A stretch of DNA of 64,000 bases from a virus, in the IMG/VR virus record IMGVR_UViG_3300042945_002173. One strand, given 5' to 3'. How positions within the stretch are numbered: the stretch's first letter is position 1; each line of letters opens with the position of its first letter. The notes beneath the pieces were generated by a model. That model did no database searches. It saw only the letters and a list, made by a program, of their open reading frames with translations, and was not told the origin of the DNA. Below are positions 18,710-28,627 of the stretch, piece after piece. Both the position numbers and the translations under genes were made by a program.

Positions 18710-19080
18710 AGGACTGGTTAAACTCGATCAATCAAACGAAGCAAAACCTGATTGAAGAAGACCCTTCACTTGAAAAGGAATATCCTCCTTATATCATCAA
18801 TCGTTGTTTTTCTGGACACCTTGATGCAGTGATGTTTGCGAATGAAATGAATCGATATCATTTCCTTCCCAAGAAGATGCAGTATGACTTTTTTATAAAT
18901 AGTCTGAGGAAAAAGAAGAGATTTTCTCCCTGGCTCCGTCAAGATAAAATCAAAGACCTTGATTATGTCAAACGTTATTATGGTTATAGTAATGAAAAGG
19001 CAAAACAAGCTTTGAGGATTCTTACAAAAGAACAACTAACATTTATTAAATCGAAATTTGAAACTGGAGGAAAAAAATGA
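18700..19080 (+). CDS. g62: Clamp loader small subunit gp62
   Basis: YPPYIINR, ANEMN, KKKRFSPW, YYGYSNEKA. Confidence 0.9.
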   Translation: MELKDWLNSINQTKQNLIEEDPSLEKEYPPYIINRCFSGHLDAVMFANEMNRYHFLPKKMQYDFFINSLRKKKRFSPWLRQDKIKDLDYVKRYYGYSNEKAKQALRILTKEQLTFIKSKFETGGKK

Positions 19081-19517
19081 GTGTCGTTCAAGAACCTGAA
19101 GTGAAGTGGTCGCCCGATCAAATGGTTGAAGTGGTTCTTAATGAACCTGATGACTTTTTGAAAGTGCGTGAAACTTTGACTCGTATTGGAGTCGCATCAC
19201 GAAAGGAAAAGAAAATTTATCAATCTTGCCATATTCTACACAAGCAAGGTAGATATTATCTCGTTCACTTTAAGGAACTGTTTGCTCTGGATGGTAAACA
19301 TGCAAACCTGACCGTGAATGATGTTCAGCGTCGCAATCGCATTGCTCAACTTCTTGCTGACTGGGGTCTCATCACTATTGTTGATGTAACCAAGATTCAA
19401 GATATTGCTCCACTCAACCAAATCAAAGTTCTTGCTTATAAAGATAAGGGTGACTGGATTCTGGAAACCAAATACAATATTGGTTCCAAAAAGAAGAGAG
19501 TAGAAGAAACCGAATGA
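19077..19517 (+). CDS. regA: Translational repressor RegA
   Basis: DDFLKVRETLTRIGVA, QSCHILHKQGRYY.VHFKELF. Confidence 0.95.
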   Translation: MSVVQEPEVKWSPDQMVEVVLNEPDDFLKVRETLTRIGVASRKEKKIYQSCHILHKQGRYYLVHFKELFALDGKHANLTVNDVQRRNRIAQLLADWGLITIVDVTKIQDIAPLNQIKVLAYKDKGDWILETKYNIGSKKKRVEETE

Positions 19518-19522
19518 TAAGG

Positions 19523-19548
19523 AGCGGGTTACAACACCCGCTTTTTTT
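19523..19548 (+). terminator. Intrinsic terminator after regA
   Basis: AGCGGGT-TACAAC-ACCCGCT plus T run. Confidence 0.8.
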
Positions 19549-19571
19549 ATGCTTCTGTTATAATTATATAC

Positions 19572-19627
19572 GGATGCCGAAAGGGTCCACAAAACACAAA
19601 CTCGCTTTTAAAGGAGCTACTATAATG
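19572..19627 (+). promoter_or_regulatory. ROSE-like RNA thermometer candidate in the hsp20 5' UTR
   Basis: GAAA-loop hairpin, then CTC(G)CTT pairing with AAGGAG (SD); contains UCGCU. Confidence 0.55.
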
Positions 19628-20065
19628 ACTAACCTTGCAACATCGCGGTTTACTGCGTCCGATCTTCCTGCCTTGATGGACAGGATTACTCGTAATAGCA
19701 TTGGGATGGATGAATATTTTGATCGTCTATTCAATCTTCATGAAACTACAACAAATTATCCTCCTTATAATTTGGTCCAAATAAATAATGTCGAATCCCA
19801 TCTGGAACTCGCATTAGCAGGATTCAAGAAAGGAGAAGTCAATGTTTTCACAGAATATGGAAAGCTTTTTGTCGAAGGACAAAAAGCAGATGCCGAAACG
19901 GATAGGACGTTTATCCACAAGGGAGTGGCTCAAAGAAGTTTTAAACGAGCGTGGACTTTATCCGACGACACAGAAGTCCGCGAGGTCACATTTGAAGACG
20001 GACTTCTACGGATCGTACTTGGGAAAGTAGTGCCAGAACATCACGCCCGTAAGGACTATCTCTAA
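19625..20065 (+). CDS. hsp20: Small heat-shock protein Hsp20 (IbpA-like)
   Basis: NYPPYNL, LALAGF, HKGVAQRSF, FEDGLL; SD AGGAG before ATG 19625. Confidence 0.95.
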   Translation: MTNLATSRFTASDLPALMDRITRNSIGMDEYFDRLFNLHETTTNYPPYNLVQINNVESHLELALAGFKKGEVNVFTEYGKLFVEGQKADAETDRTFIHKGVAQRSFKRAWTLSDDTEVREVTFEDGLLRIVLGKVVPEHHARKDYL

Positions 20066-20163
20066 ATAGAATTGAATATCGTCGGCGCGGGGAGCACCTG
20101 GCAAAATCCAGGTTGACTCCCCCTTTTTTTCTTGCTATAATAGTAAAAGGATAGTGAAACCAA

Positions 20164-20508
20164 ATGACTATTAAATTGATGCTCCTGAAAACAGGAGAGA
20201 CTATAATTAGCGATGCAAAAGAAGTCGTTTCTGATGAAGTTGTCAGAGGATATCTTTTGTCAAATCCACATTATGTTGAAACAAAAGAGAAAACGGTTTT
20301 AACTGAAAGTGATAGTGGAAGATCAAATTATGAGATTGATGTTATTCTTACACCTTGGATGATTCTATCTAAGGATAAGAAATTTGTAATTACCTTAGAT
20401 TATGTGGTTACGATTTGTGATCCCATTGACACTGTTATGGAAATGTATTTGAATAAGACTGGAGTTCCATTGCAAGTTGAGGAAAAGGAGGACGAAGAAA
20501 ATGAGTGA
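20164..20508 (+). CDS. Hypothetical protein (Sm-like, LKTGE motif)
   Basis: ORF with TTGACT-17-TATAAT promoter at 20113-20141. Confidence 0.6.
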   Translation: MTIKLMLLKTGETIISDAKEVVSDEVVRGYLLSNPHYVETKEKTVLTESDSGRSNYEIDVILTPWMILSKDKKFVITLDYVVTICDPIDTVMEMYLNKTGVPLQVEEKEDEENE

Positions 20509-20758
20509 TAAAGTTGTAAAATGTATTTTAATCGGTGTTGATGTCATTCTTATTACAGAAATTGTTGAATTAATGGCGGATATTGGTGAACCTGATTGTA
20601 AACTTATTAATCCCTACCGATTTTATGATTTAAATAAAATGGAACCCTGGGTTCAATCATCAAATCAAAAAGAATATATGGTAAGATCAAGTGATATTCT
20701 GACTATTGCTGATCCAAGTCCAGAAGTTATTGAAAAGTATCTTGAACTAACTGCATAA
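20501..20758 (+). CDS. Hypothetical protein
   Basis: GEPDCKLINPY motif; coupled to g43. Confidence 0.6.
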   Translation: MSDKVVKCILIGVDVILITEIVELMADIGEPDCKLINPYRFYDLNKMEPWVQSSNQKEYMVRSSDILTIADPSPEVIEKYLELTA

Positions 20759-23259
20759 TGCGATTCTACACAAACGTTCAAATGGTCGGGGATAACTTTC
20801 TCGTTCGTGGTTATGAAAATGGTCAACATTTTATGACTCGTGAGAAGTTTAACCCGACTCTTTTTGTCCCTTCAAATAAAAAAACTAAATATCAAACTCT
20901 TGGTGGAGAGTATGTTGAATCTGTTCAACCTGGATCTGTTCGTGATTGTAGGGAGTTTATTAAAAAATATGAGGGCGTAGAAAACTTTAAAATCTATGGA
21001 AATACTGGATACATTTACCAGTATATTTCTGAAATGTATCCAGAAGAAGAACTTAAGTTTGACATCAACAAAATTAAACTCACAACTCTTGATATTGAGG
21101 TTGCTTCTGAAAATGGATTTCCTGATGTAGAATCTGCGGCAGAGGAAGTACTGCTGATTACTATTCAAGATTATACTACCAAACAAATTAATACTTGGGG
21201 ATTAGGAAAGTTTAATAATACTCAGAATAATGTCAGATATAGGTCTTTTTCTACCGAATATGATTTATTGAATGATTTCATTAACTGGTGGATGATTGAA
21301 TCTAATACACCAGAAGTTGTAACTGGGTGGAATAGTAAACTGTACGATATTCCTTATCTTGTTCGACGTATTGATCGTGTTCTTGGTGAAAAACTAATGA
21401 AACGTTTGTCACCCTGGGGTCTAGTTACGGAAGATGAAACTTATATCTCAGGTAGGAAACACGTTTGTTATGATATTGGTGGAATTTCCCAGTTAGATTA
21501 TCTTGATCTTTATAAGAAGTTTACTTATAAAGCACAAGAATCTTATCGACTTGATTATATTGCCGAAGTTGAACTTGGACAAAAGAAACTAGATCACTCT
21601 GAGTTTGATACCTTTAAGGACTTCTATACAAAGGGTTGGCAAAAGTTTGTAGAGTACAACATCAAAGACGTGGAACTTGTTGACCGAATGGAAGACAAGA
21701 TGAAACTGATTGAACTTGCTCTTACTATGGCATATGACGCCAAAGCGAACTATGAGGATGTATTCTCCCAGGTTCGTATGTGGGATACGATCATCTACAA
21801 TTATCTCAAGAAGAGAAACATTGTGATTCCTCCCAAAGAACGTTCTGATAAGGATTCCAAGTATGCTGGTGCTTATGTGAAAGAACCCATTCCTGGAAAG
21901 TATGATTGGGTTGTATCTTTTGACCTTAACTCACTATATCCTCACCTGATTATGCAGTACAATATTTCACCAGAAACTCTTTTGGATGAAAGGCACCCAA
22001 ATGTAACTGTTGATAAAATTCTCAATCAACAAACCAATTTTGAATTGTATAAGGATTATGCAGTTTGTGCAAATGGGGCAATGTTCCGTAAGGATGTGCG
22101 TGGTTTTCTTCCAGAATTGATGGAGAAGATCTATAAAGATCGTACCGTCTATAAGAAGAAGATGCTTGCTGCTAAACAGGAGTATGAGAAGAAAAAAACC
22201 AAGGAGTTGGAAAAAGAGATTGCTCGATGTAACAACATCCAAATGGCAAGGAAGATTCAACTTAACTCTGCTTATGGTGCCATTGGTAATCAGTATTTCC
22301 GATATTACAAACTAGCAAATGCAGAGGCAATCACCTTGTCAGGTCAGGTTTCTATCCGTTGGATTGAGAACAAGATGAATGCCTATTTAAATAAAATTCT
22401 CAAAACCGATGAGGTTGATTATGTCATTGCTTCTGATACTGACTCCATTTATCTTAATATGGGTCCTTTGGTTGAAAGTGTATACAAGGGAAGAGAGAAA
22501 ACTGCTCAAAGCGTTGTTTCGTTCCTTGATAAGGTCTGTCAGGTGGAATTTGAAAAGTATATTGAAAGTTGCTACCAAGAACTGGCTGAGTATGTGAATG
22601 CTTATGATCAAAAGATGCAGATGAAGCGTGAGAATATTGCTGAGCGTGGAATCTGGACTGCCAAGAAACGATACATTTTGAACGTCTGGGACAGTGAAGG
22701 TGTTCGTTATGAAGAACCTAAATTGAAAATGATGGGTATCGAAGCAGTTAAATCATCTACCCCTGCCCCTTGTCGCAAGATGATTAAGGATGGACTCAAA
22801 TTGATGATGAGTGGAACTGAGGATGATGTTATTAACTTTATTGATGAGTGCCGCGAAGAATTTAGAAAACTTCCCCCTGAACAAATTGCATTTCCAAGAA
22901 CTGCTTCTGATGTTCGTAAATATCATTCTTCCTCTACAATTTATGCCCAAAAGACTCCAATTCATATTCGCGGAGCACTATTATTCAATCATTATATAAA
23001 GGACAAGAAACTTACTAATAAGTATTCTTTAATTGCTAATGGAGAAAAGATTAAATTCATTTTCTTGAAAAAACCAAATATCATTCAAGAAAATGTGATT
23101 TCTTTCATTCAAGATTTTCCTAAGGAACTTGGTCTTGACAAATACATTGACTATGAATTACAATTTGAAAAGAGTTTTATTGATCCACTCAAATCTATTC
23201 TTGATGCAATTGGGTGGTCTGTCGAAAAAACTGTAAACCTTGAACTCTTTTTTACTTAA
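20758..23259 (+). CDS. g43: DNA polymerase gp43 (family B)
   Basis: DIEV exonuclease I motif, SFDLNSLYP, KIQLNSAYG, SDTDS; uninterrupted. Confidence 0.98.
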   Translation: MRFYTNVQMVGDNFLVRGYENGQHFMTREKFNPTLFVPSNKKTKYQTLGGEYVESVQPGSVRDCREFIKKYEGVENFKIYGNTGYIYQYISEMYPEEELKFDINKIKLTTLDIEVASENGFPDVESAAEEVLLITIQDYTTKQINTWGLGKFNNTQNNVRYRSFSTEYDLLNDFINWWMIESNTPEVVTGWNSKLYDIPYLVRRIDRVLGEKLMKRLSPWGLVTEDETYISGRKHVCYDIGGISQLDYLDLYKKFTYKAQESYRLDYIAEVELGQKKLDHSEFDTFKDFYTKGWQKFVEYNIKDVELVDRMEDKMKLIELALTMAYDAKANYEDVFSQVRMWDTIIYNYLKKRNIVIPPKERSDKDSKYAGAYVKEPIPGKYDWVVSFDLNSLYPHLIMQYNISPETLLDERHPNVTVDKILNQQTNFELYKDYAVCANGAMFRKDVRGFLPELMEKIYKDRTVYKKKMLAAKQEYEKKKTKELEKEIARCNNIQMARKIQLNSAYGAIGNQYFRYYKLANAEAITLSGQVSIRWIENKMNAYLNKILKTDEVDYVIASDTDSIYLNMGPLVESVYKGREKTAQSVVSFLDKVCQVEFEKYIESCYQELAEYVNAYDQKMQMKRENIAERGIWTAKKRYILNVWDSEGVRYEEPKLKMMGIEAVKSSTPAPCRKMIKDGLKLMMSGTEDDVINFIDECREEFRKLPPEQIAFPRTASDVRKYHSSSTIYAQKTPIHIRGALLFNHYIKDKKLTNKYSLIANGEKIKFIFLKKPNIIQENVISFIQDFPKELGLDKYIDYELQFEKSFIDPLKSILDAIGWSVEKTVNLELFFT

Positions 23260-23267
23260 AATATGAA

Positions 23268-23807
23268 ATGATCATTTCGGAACTCAATATACCATTTTAT
23301 CAATTCAAAATTGAAAATTGGAAGGATAAAAAAAATAATCTTCTTGAAATATATTCATCTGTAGAAAATATTCTAACTTCAAAAGATCCAACATCTTTGG
23401 TTTATACTGATTTTGGAATTTCTAAAATTAATTATGTTGGACGTGTAGTTGAGGTACTGAAAGAAGATTTAGAAAAATTTTATTCAGAATCTAAAATAGG
23501 AGAGAGAGTTTCAATAAGTTGCTGGTTTCAAAAATATGTAAAAGGATGTTTTCATTCTCCACATAATCATGGACCTATTGGATATAGTTCTGTATGTTTC
23601 ATTGAATATGATAAAAATGAACATATGCCAACAAGATTTATTTTACCATTTAACAATATAATGACTGGAGAAATAAACGAATATTATCCAAAAAATTTAG
23701 ATGAGGGCACAATTATATTTTTTCCTTCATTTTTAAATCATTATGTTTTGCCTAATAAATCTAATAAATTGAGAATTATTTTATCAATGAATATCAAAAA
23801 ACTTTAA
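23268..23807 (+). CDS. 2OG-Fe(II) oxygenase-like protein
   Basis: HSPHNH, FFPSFLNHYV, RIILSMN. Confidence 0.75.
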   Translation: MIISELNIPFYQFKIENWKDKKNNLLEIYSSVENILTSKDPTSLVYTDFGISKINYVGRVVEVLKEDLEKFYSESKIGERVSISCWFQKYVKGCFHSPHNHGPIGYSSVCFIEYDKNEHMPTRFILPFNNIMTGEINEYYPKNLDEGTIIFFPSFLNHYVLPNKSNKLRIILSMNIKKL

Positions 23808-23821
23808 TATGGATTACTAAA

Positions 23822-23986
23822 ATGGATTTGCCTATTAACGATGAAGAACTGAGCACAATTGTAAGTGCTATGCACCTTGGTGGAGATGTTGCACTTTACC
23901 AAAAACTTAAACTTGTAAAAGAACTTAGGGAACAAGGTTTACCTTATAAAAAAATACTTCGTGAACAATACGGGATGGTAGCATAA
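23822..23986 (+). CDS. Small hypothetical protein (54 aa), not in the ORF track
   Basis: MDLPINDEEL...LYQKLKLV...QYGMVA; TAATG-coupled to uvsX. Confidence 0.55.
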   Translation: MDLPINDEELSTIVSAMHLGGDVALYQKLKLVKELREQGLPYKKILREQYGMVA

Positions 23987-24993
23987 TGGATTTTCTTAAA
24001 GATATTGTAAAAGAAATTGGTGGTGATTACGCACAGATCGCCTCAGAAATTGATGAAACTGAAAGGTATGTTGATACAGGTTCATATATTTTTAATGCAC
24101 TGGTTTCAGGTAGCATATTTGGTGGTGTATCTGGGAATAAGATTACTGCTATTGCTGGAGAGTCTTCTACTGGAAAGACTTTTTTCTCTCTCGCCGTGGT
24201 TAAGAACTTTCTTGATACTTATCCCGATGGTTACTGTATCTACTTTGACACTGAGGCTGCTATCAATAAATCTATGCTGACTGCTCGCAGTATTGACACT
24301 GATAGATTTGCCAGAGTGGAAGTAGTTACTGTTGAAGAATTTCGTAGTAAAGCACTTAAAGCAGTTGATCTTCACTTGAAAAAACCAGTAGATGAACGCA
24401 GACCTTGTATGTTTGTGCTAGACTCTTTGGGTATGCTTTCTACTGAGAAAGAAATTACTGATGCACTAAATGATAAACAAGTTCGTGATATGACTAAATC
24501 GCAACTTATTAAGGGTGCTTTTCGTATGCTTACTTTAAAACTAGGGCAAGCAAATATTCCAATGATTGTTACCAATCACACCTACGATGTTATTGGCGCA
24601 TATGTTCCTACAAAAGAAATGGGTGGTGGTAGTGGTCTTAAATATGCTGCTTCCACGATTATTCACCTTTCCAAGAAAAAGGAAAAGGATGGAACAGAAG
24701 TCGTTGGAAATATTATCAAGGCAAAGACTGCTAAGTCGCGTCTAAGTAAGGAGAATAAGGATGTTGAGGTACGCCTTTATTATGATGAGCGTGGTCTTGA
24801 TCGTTACTATGGTCTTCTTGAACTCGGTGAGATTGGCGGACTTTGGAAGAATGTAGCAGGACGCTATGAGATTGATGGTAAGAAAATCTATGGTAAACAG
24901 ATTCTTGCCAATCCCGATGAATACTTTACCGAAGAAGTAATGCAGCAACTTGATGCTGTCGCGAAACAACATTTCTCTTATGGAACGAATTGA
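23986..24993 (+). CDS. uvsX: UvsX RecA-like recombinase
   Basis: AGESSTGKT, DSLGML, MGGGSGLKYAAS. Confidence 0.95.
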   Translation: MDFLKDIVKEIGGDYAQIASEIDETERYVDTGSYIFNALVSGSIFGGVSGNKITAIAGESSTGKTFFSLAVVKNFLDTYPDGYCIYFDTEAAINKSMLTARSIDTDRFARVEVVTVEEFRSKALKAVDLHLKKPVDERRPCMFVLDSLGMLSTEKEITDALNDKQVRDMTKSQLIKGAFRMLTLKLGQANIPMIVTNHTYDVIGAYVPTKEMGGGSGLKYAASTIIHLSKKKEKDGTEVVGNIIKAKTAKSRLSKENKDVEVRLYYDERGLDRYYGLLELGEIGGLWKNVAGRYEIDGKKIYGKQILANPDEYFTEEVMQQLDAVAKQHFSYGTN

Positions 24994-26359
24994 GACAACT
25001 ATTCTCAGAAATCTTGTATTTAATGAAAATTATTCACGAAAGGTAATTCCTTTTATACAACCTAATTATTTTGAGCAAAGAACTGAAAAAGTAGTCTTTC
25101 AGGAAATAGTAAACTTCATTGTTAAGTATGGTTCTGCAATTACGGTTGAAGCACTTAATATTGAAGTAGAAAATAGAACTGATCTTTCAGATGGAGAAAT
25201 CAAAGATATTCGTGAAATTACAAAATCTTTAAACGATTCTCCTGTTGATTCTCAGTGGTTACTTGATACCACCGAAAAGTGGTGCCGAGATCGTGCCATT
25301 TATTTGGCACTTATGGAATCAATTCATATTGCAGATGGTGAAGATGAAAAGAAAAATCGTGATGCAATTCCATCAATTCTTTCTAATGCACTAGCAGTAT
25401 CTTTTGATAACCATATTGGACACGATTATCTTCAAGATTATGAAGAACGATACGACTCTTATCACAGGAAAGAAAATCGCATTCCTTTTGACATTGAGTA
25501 TTTTAACAAGATTACAAAAGGTGGTCTTCCTAATAAGACTCTCAACATCGCTCTTGCTGGGACAGGTGTTGGTAAGTCTCTTTTCATGTGTCATATGGCT
25601 AGCGCCTGTGTGCTTGACGGACGTAATGTGCTTTACATTACAATGGAGATGGCAGAGGAGAAAATTGCTGAGCGTATTGATGCAAACCTTCTCAATGTTC
25701 CGATTCAACAACTGGTAGATCTTCCTCGTCAGATGTTTGAAACTAAGGTTACAAACATTTCGAAGAAAACTCAGGGAACTTTAATTATTAAAGAGTATCC
25801 CACTGCTTCTGCACATAGTGGTCACTTTAAGGCACTTCTCAACGAGTTGTCCTTGAAGAAATCATTCAAACCAGATATTATTTTTATTGATTATCTGAAT
25901 ATTTGTGCTTCTAGTAGGTATAAGTCTAATCTTTCTGTCAATTCTTATTCTTATATTAAAGCAATCGCAGAAGAACTTAGGGGTCTTGCTGTAGAATTTA
26001 ATGTTCCTATTGTATCTGCCACTCAAACTACTCGCTCAGGTTATGGTAATTCTGACGTCGAACTCACTGATACTTCTGAGTCCTTTGGTCTTCCTGCTAC
26101 TGCCGATCTTATGTTTGCTCTTATCAGCACGGAAGAATTAGAGCAACTTGGTCAAATTATGGTGAAACAATTGAAGAATCGCTATAATGATCCAACTATT
26201 TACAAGCGTTTTATTGTAGGCATTGACCGTGCCAAAATGCGTCTTTATGATTGTGAACAAACTGCTCAAAAAGACATACTTGACAGTGGGCAGGATGAAG
26301 AGTATAATGATTATGAAGACAAGAAACCTAAAAAATCATTTGAAGGATTTAAATTTTAA
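24980..26359 (+). CDS. g41: Replicative helicase gp41
   Basis: AGTGVGKS, IDYLNI, SATQTTR, ESFGLPATAD, KQLKNRY. Confidence 0.95.
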   Translation: MERIETTILRNLVFNENYSRKVIPFIQPNYFEQRTEKVVFQEIVNFIVKYGSAITVEALNIEVENRTDLSDGEIKDIREITKSLNDSPVDSQWLLDTTEKWCRDRAIYLALMESIHIADGEDEKKNRDAIPSILSNALAVSFDNHIGHDYLQDYEERYDSYHRKENRIPFDIEYFNKITKGGLPNKTLNIALAGTGVGKSLFMCHMASACVLDGRNVLYITMEMAEEKIAERIDANLLNVPIQQLVDLPRQMFETKVTNISKKTQGTLIIKEYPTASAHSGHFKALLNELSLKKSFKPDIIFIDYLNICASSRYKSNLSVNSYSYIKAIAEELRGLAVEFNVPIVSATQTTRSGYGNSDVELTDTSESFGLPATADLMFALISTEELEQLGQIMVKQLKNRYNDPTIYKRFIVGIDRAKMRLYDCEQTAQKDILDSGQDEEYNDYEDKKPKKSFEGFKF

Positions 26360-26775
26360 TGGAAACTATTAAGCACGTTGATTTTGATAAGTATGCAGAG
26401 TTTGTGGATGCTGTAACTTCTGATGCATCCAAAGACTTTCTTGCTCTTTCTGACCGTTTGGTCGCTCTTGATGAAAAGGGTGCAAATATTGAGCGTCTTT
26501 TGACCGCTTCTGTTGGTATCAATGCCGAAGGTGGTGAGTTTATGGAAATTGTTAAAAAAATGATCTTCCAGGGTAAACCCTATAATGAAGACAATCGTGA
26601 GCACCTGATTATTGAACTGGGTGATATTATGTGGTATGTTGCTCAGGCGTGTATGGCACTTGATGTGACCCTTGATGATGTGGTTGCTCGTAATGTACAA
26701 AAACTTCTGAAGCGTTATCCTGAGGGTGCTTTTGATGTTTACTTCTCCGAAAACCGTTCTGCTGACGACCGATGA
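26359..26775 (+). CDS. mazG: MazG nucleotide pyrophosphohydrolase
   Basis: AEGGEFMEIVKK, ELGDIMWY, KL.KRYP. Confidence 0.9.
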   Translation: METIKHVDFDKYAEFVDAVTSDASKDFLALSDRLVALDEKGANIERLLTASVGINAEGGEFMEIVKKMIFQGKPYNEDNREHLIIELGDIMWYVAQACMALDVTLDDVVARNVQKLLKRYPEGAFDVYFSENRSADDR

Positions 26776-26957
26776 GTAAAGAAAAGAAAGTAACAATCAA
26801 AATGGATTCTCGTTGTGCAGCAGCAGTTCGTCAAGTTCTATTTGAATCGCAAGTAGGATATACCTATGATGAAGGAAGTGTTCCTCCTCGTATTTCTGAT
26901 ATTCGAACTGTGATTCAAGATATTGATGATAATCTTGCTTCTGTTTTGGGAGTCTAA
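26772..26957 (+). CDS. Hypothetical protein
   Basis: ORF overlapping the mazG stop (ATGA). Confidence 0.55.
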   Translation: MSKEKKVTIKMDSRCAAAVRQVLFESQVGYTYDEGSVPPRISDIRTVIQDIDDNLASVLGV

Positions 26958-26981
26958 ATAAATGACCCTTCGGGGTTTCTT

Positions 26982-27054
26982 GGGGAATTAGCTCAGTTGG
27001 TAGAGCGCCTGCTTTGCAAGCAGGATGTCAGCGGTTCGAGTCCGCTATTCTCCA
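26982..27054 (+). tRNA. tRNA-Ala(TGC)
   Basis: Cloverleaf; CCTGC-TT-TGC-AA-GCAGG; GGTTCGAGTCC. Confidence 0.95.
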
Positions 27055-27057
27055 CTT

Positions 27058-27139
27058 GCCCAAATGGCGGAATTGGTAGACGCGCTGGGTTTAGGTTCCA
27101 GTAGAGTATTCTGTGGAGGTTCAAGTCCTCTTTTGGGCA
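27058..27139 (+). tRNA. tRNA-Leu(TAG)
   Basis: GCCCAAA/TTTGGGC acceptor stem, TAG anticodon, variable arm, GGTTCAAGTCC. Confidence 0.9.
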
Positions 27140-27154
27140 CTAAATATTTCAAAA

Positions 27155-28411
27155 ATGGCAAGTTCTGGTATATTAAACTTCCAGAGAAACTGGCAAGGAA
27201 GTGATCACCAAACTACTGTAAAAAAGACTGTTAGTGTGTTTACTAAGAACGATTCTGGTTCTTTTCAAGCAGCAGGTGCTTTATCACCAGGAACAGAGGT
27301 AACTTATATTGATTCACTAACTGAAAATCATTTAAGAGCAGCATTCAGAACTGCCGATGGTATTGTTTATTATGGAAATGTTGATTATTTTGTTAAACCA
27401 AATTCTTTTCAGGCGCAGGCAATAAGATTGACCCCATCGAGTTTCGGATTAGCAAATCAAACATTTTTTTCAAGTGTTGACTATTATAATAGTATAATTT
27501 CCGCATTAAATTCTAGGAATGATATTCCTGGTGAATTATTTGATTATCTTTATGAATTATTAGATTATGCCTATCAAGGTTATGGTAATTATAATGGTAT
27601 AAAAATGGATAATTTTCCTTGGGGTCCATTGCAAAATTCTTTTGGAGAAGTGATTGGGGCACTATCTTGTGCTAGAAACAGAGATGGTATATTGAGTGGA
27701 ATAGTAAATACTGCTGGTTTGGGTGGAGCATCGATTTATATAGCTCCTGAGAGTGGAACGCTATATGATTATAAATTAATAGTTGGTAATGATGAATATT
27801 TGATATCTGCTAAGTCTGCAAGAGGTGTTTCTAACCAGGTTAAACCTCAATTCGTTATTCCTTATATTACAGAATATAATTTAACTTCAACGACTGAGTA
27901 TAGAGTTCTTCAATCACTGGCAGATGAGAGGGGTAGAAAGTCCACCGTACACGGTCCTTTTTACACTTGGAGAATTATTCAAAGTAACAATGAGATAACT
28001 GATGCTTGTATTGCTGATATAAACGCAAATTATACAAGTGGACCACAATCAAATAAAAAGATATCTGATCCTTCTATTTGGCAGAATTTTGTGAATATAC
28101 ATATTCCTTCTAAAAAAAGTAAATCAAATATAAAAAATGTTACCTATGGTGAAATTAGATATCAATGCGAACAATCTATTGAAAGTTGGTCAAAGAGTGG
28201 AACACAAAATAGGGTCTTGAAAGAAATATTTGAAGTTTTTTTGAACAAATCTAGAGTAATCTATGCTAAACTGGATTTGAACAGGACAACTGGAAGACCA
28301 ACATTTACCGCTTCTGCTGGTGGTGGGACATCTTTGGTAAGAAACCTTTATTTAAGAACATCTAACTATGCGACAAGAACAGACGATAGAATTGGTTTTC
28401 AGGTAAGTTAA
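27155..28411 (+). CDS. Hypothetical late protein, possible PD-(D/E)xK nuclease fold
   Basis: CTAAATA upstream; FGEVIG...YDY-x10-ISAKS. Confidence 0.45.
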   Translation: MASSGILNFQRNWQGSDHQTTVKKTVSVFTKNDSGSFQAAGALSPGTEVTYIDSLTENHLRAAFRTADGIVYYGNVDYFVKPNSFQAQAIRLTPSSFGLANQTFFSSVDYYNSIISALNSRNDIPGELFDYLYELLDYAYQGYGNYNGIKMDNFPWGPLQNSFGEVIGALSCARNRDGILSGIVNTAGLGGASIYIAPESGTLYDYKLIVGNDEYLISAKSARGVSNQVKPQFVIPYITEYNLTSTTEYRVLQSLADERGRKSTVHGPFYTWRIIQSNNEITDACIADINANYTSGPQSNKKISDPSIWQNFVNIHIPSKKSKSNIKNVTYGEIRYQCEQSIESWSKSGTQNRVLKEIFEVFLNKSRVIYAKLDLNRTTGRPTFTASAGGGTSLVRNLYLRTSNYATRTDDRIGFQVS

Positions 28412-28627
28412 ATGGATAAAAATATTCAAGGTTTTATCAAAGAGTTTAAAGGTAAAGAGTTTAAAGACTTTGTATTATTTGTATTTAAAAAAATGCAAAA
28501 AGATATTGATTTAAAAAAGAAAAAGCAGGATAAGGATAAATATATAAAGGTCAGACAAAATTTTTTAAATTATATTATTGCAAACGAAAAAGCAATAACT
28601 ATTGAACTCAATAAGAAATATAAGTAA
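28412..28627 (+). CDS. Small basic hypothetical protein
   Basis: ORF abutting both neighbours. Confidence 0.5.
   Translation: MDKNIQGFIKEFKGKEFKDFVLFVFKKMQKDIDLKKKKQDKDKYIKVRQNFLNYIIANEKAITIELNKKYK

Noticed and set aside
19514-19624. N-terminal extension of hsp20 in the ORF track
   Set aside because: It spans the regA terminator and the leader; the SD supports ATG 19625.
20758-23259. Possible intron or intein in g43 (nrdA, nrdB and g41 also checked)
   Set aside because: The ORFs are continuous and of normal length with no intein motifs; both endonucleases are intergenic.
27113-27154. N-terminal extension of the 27113 ORF
   Set aside because: It overlaps tRNA-Leu; ATG 27155 after the late-promoter motif is the plausible start.
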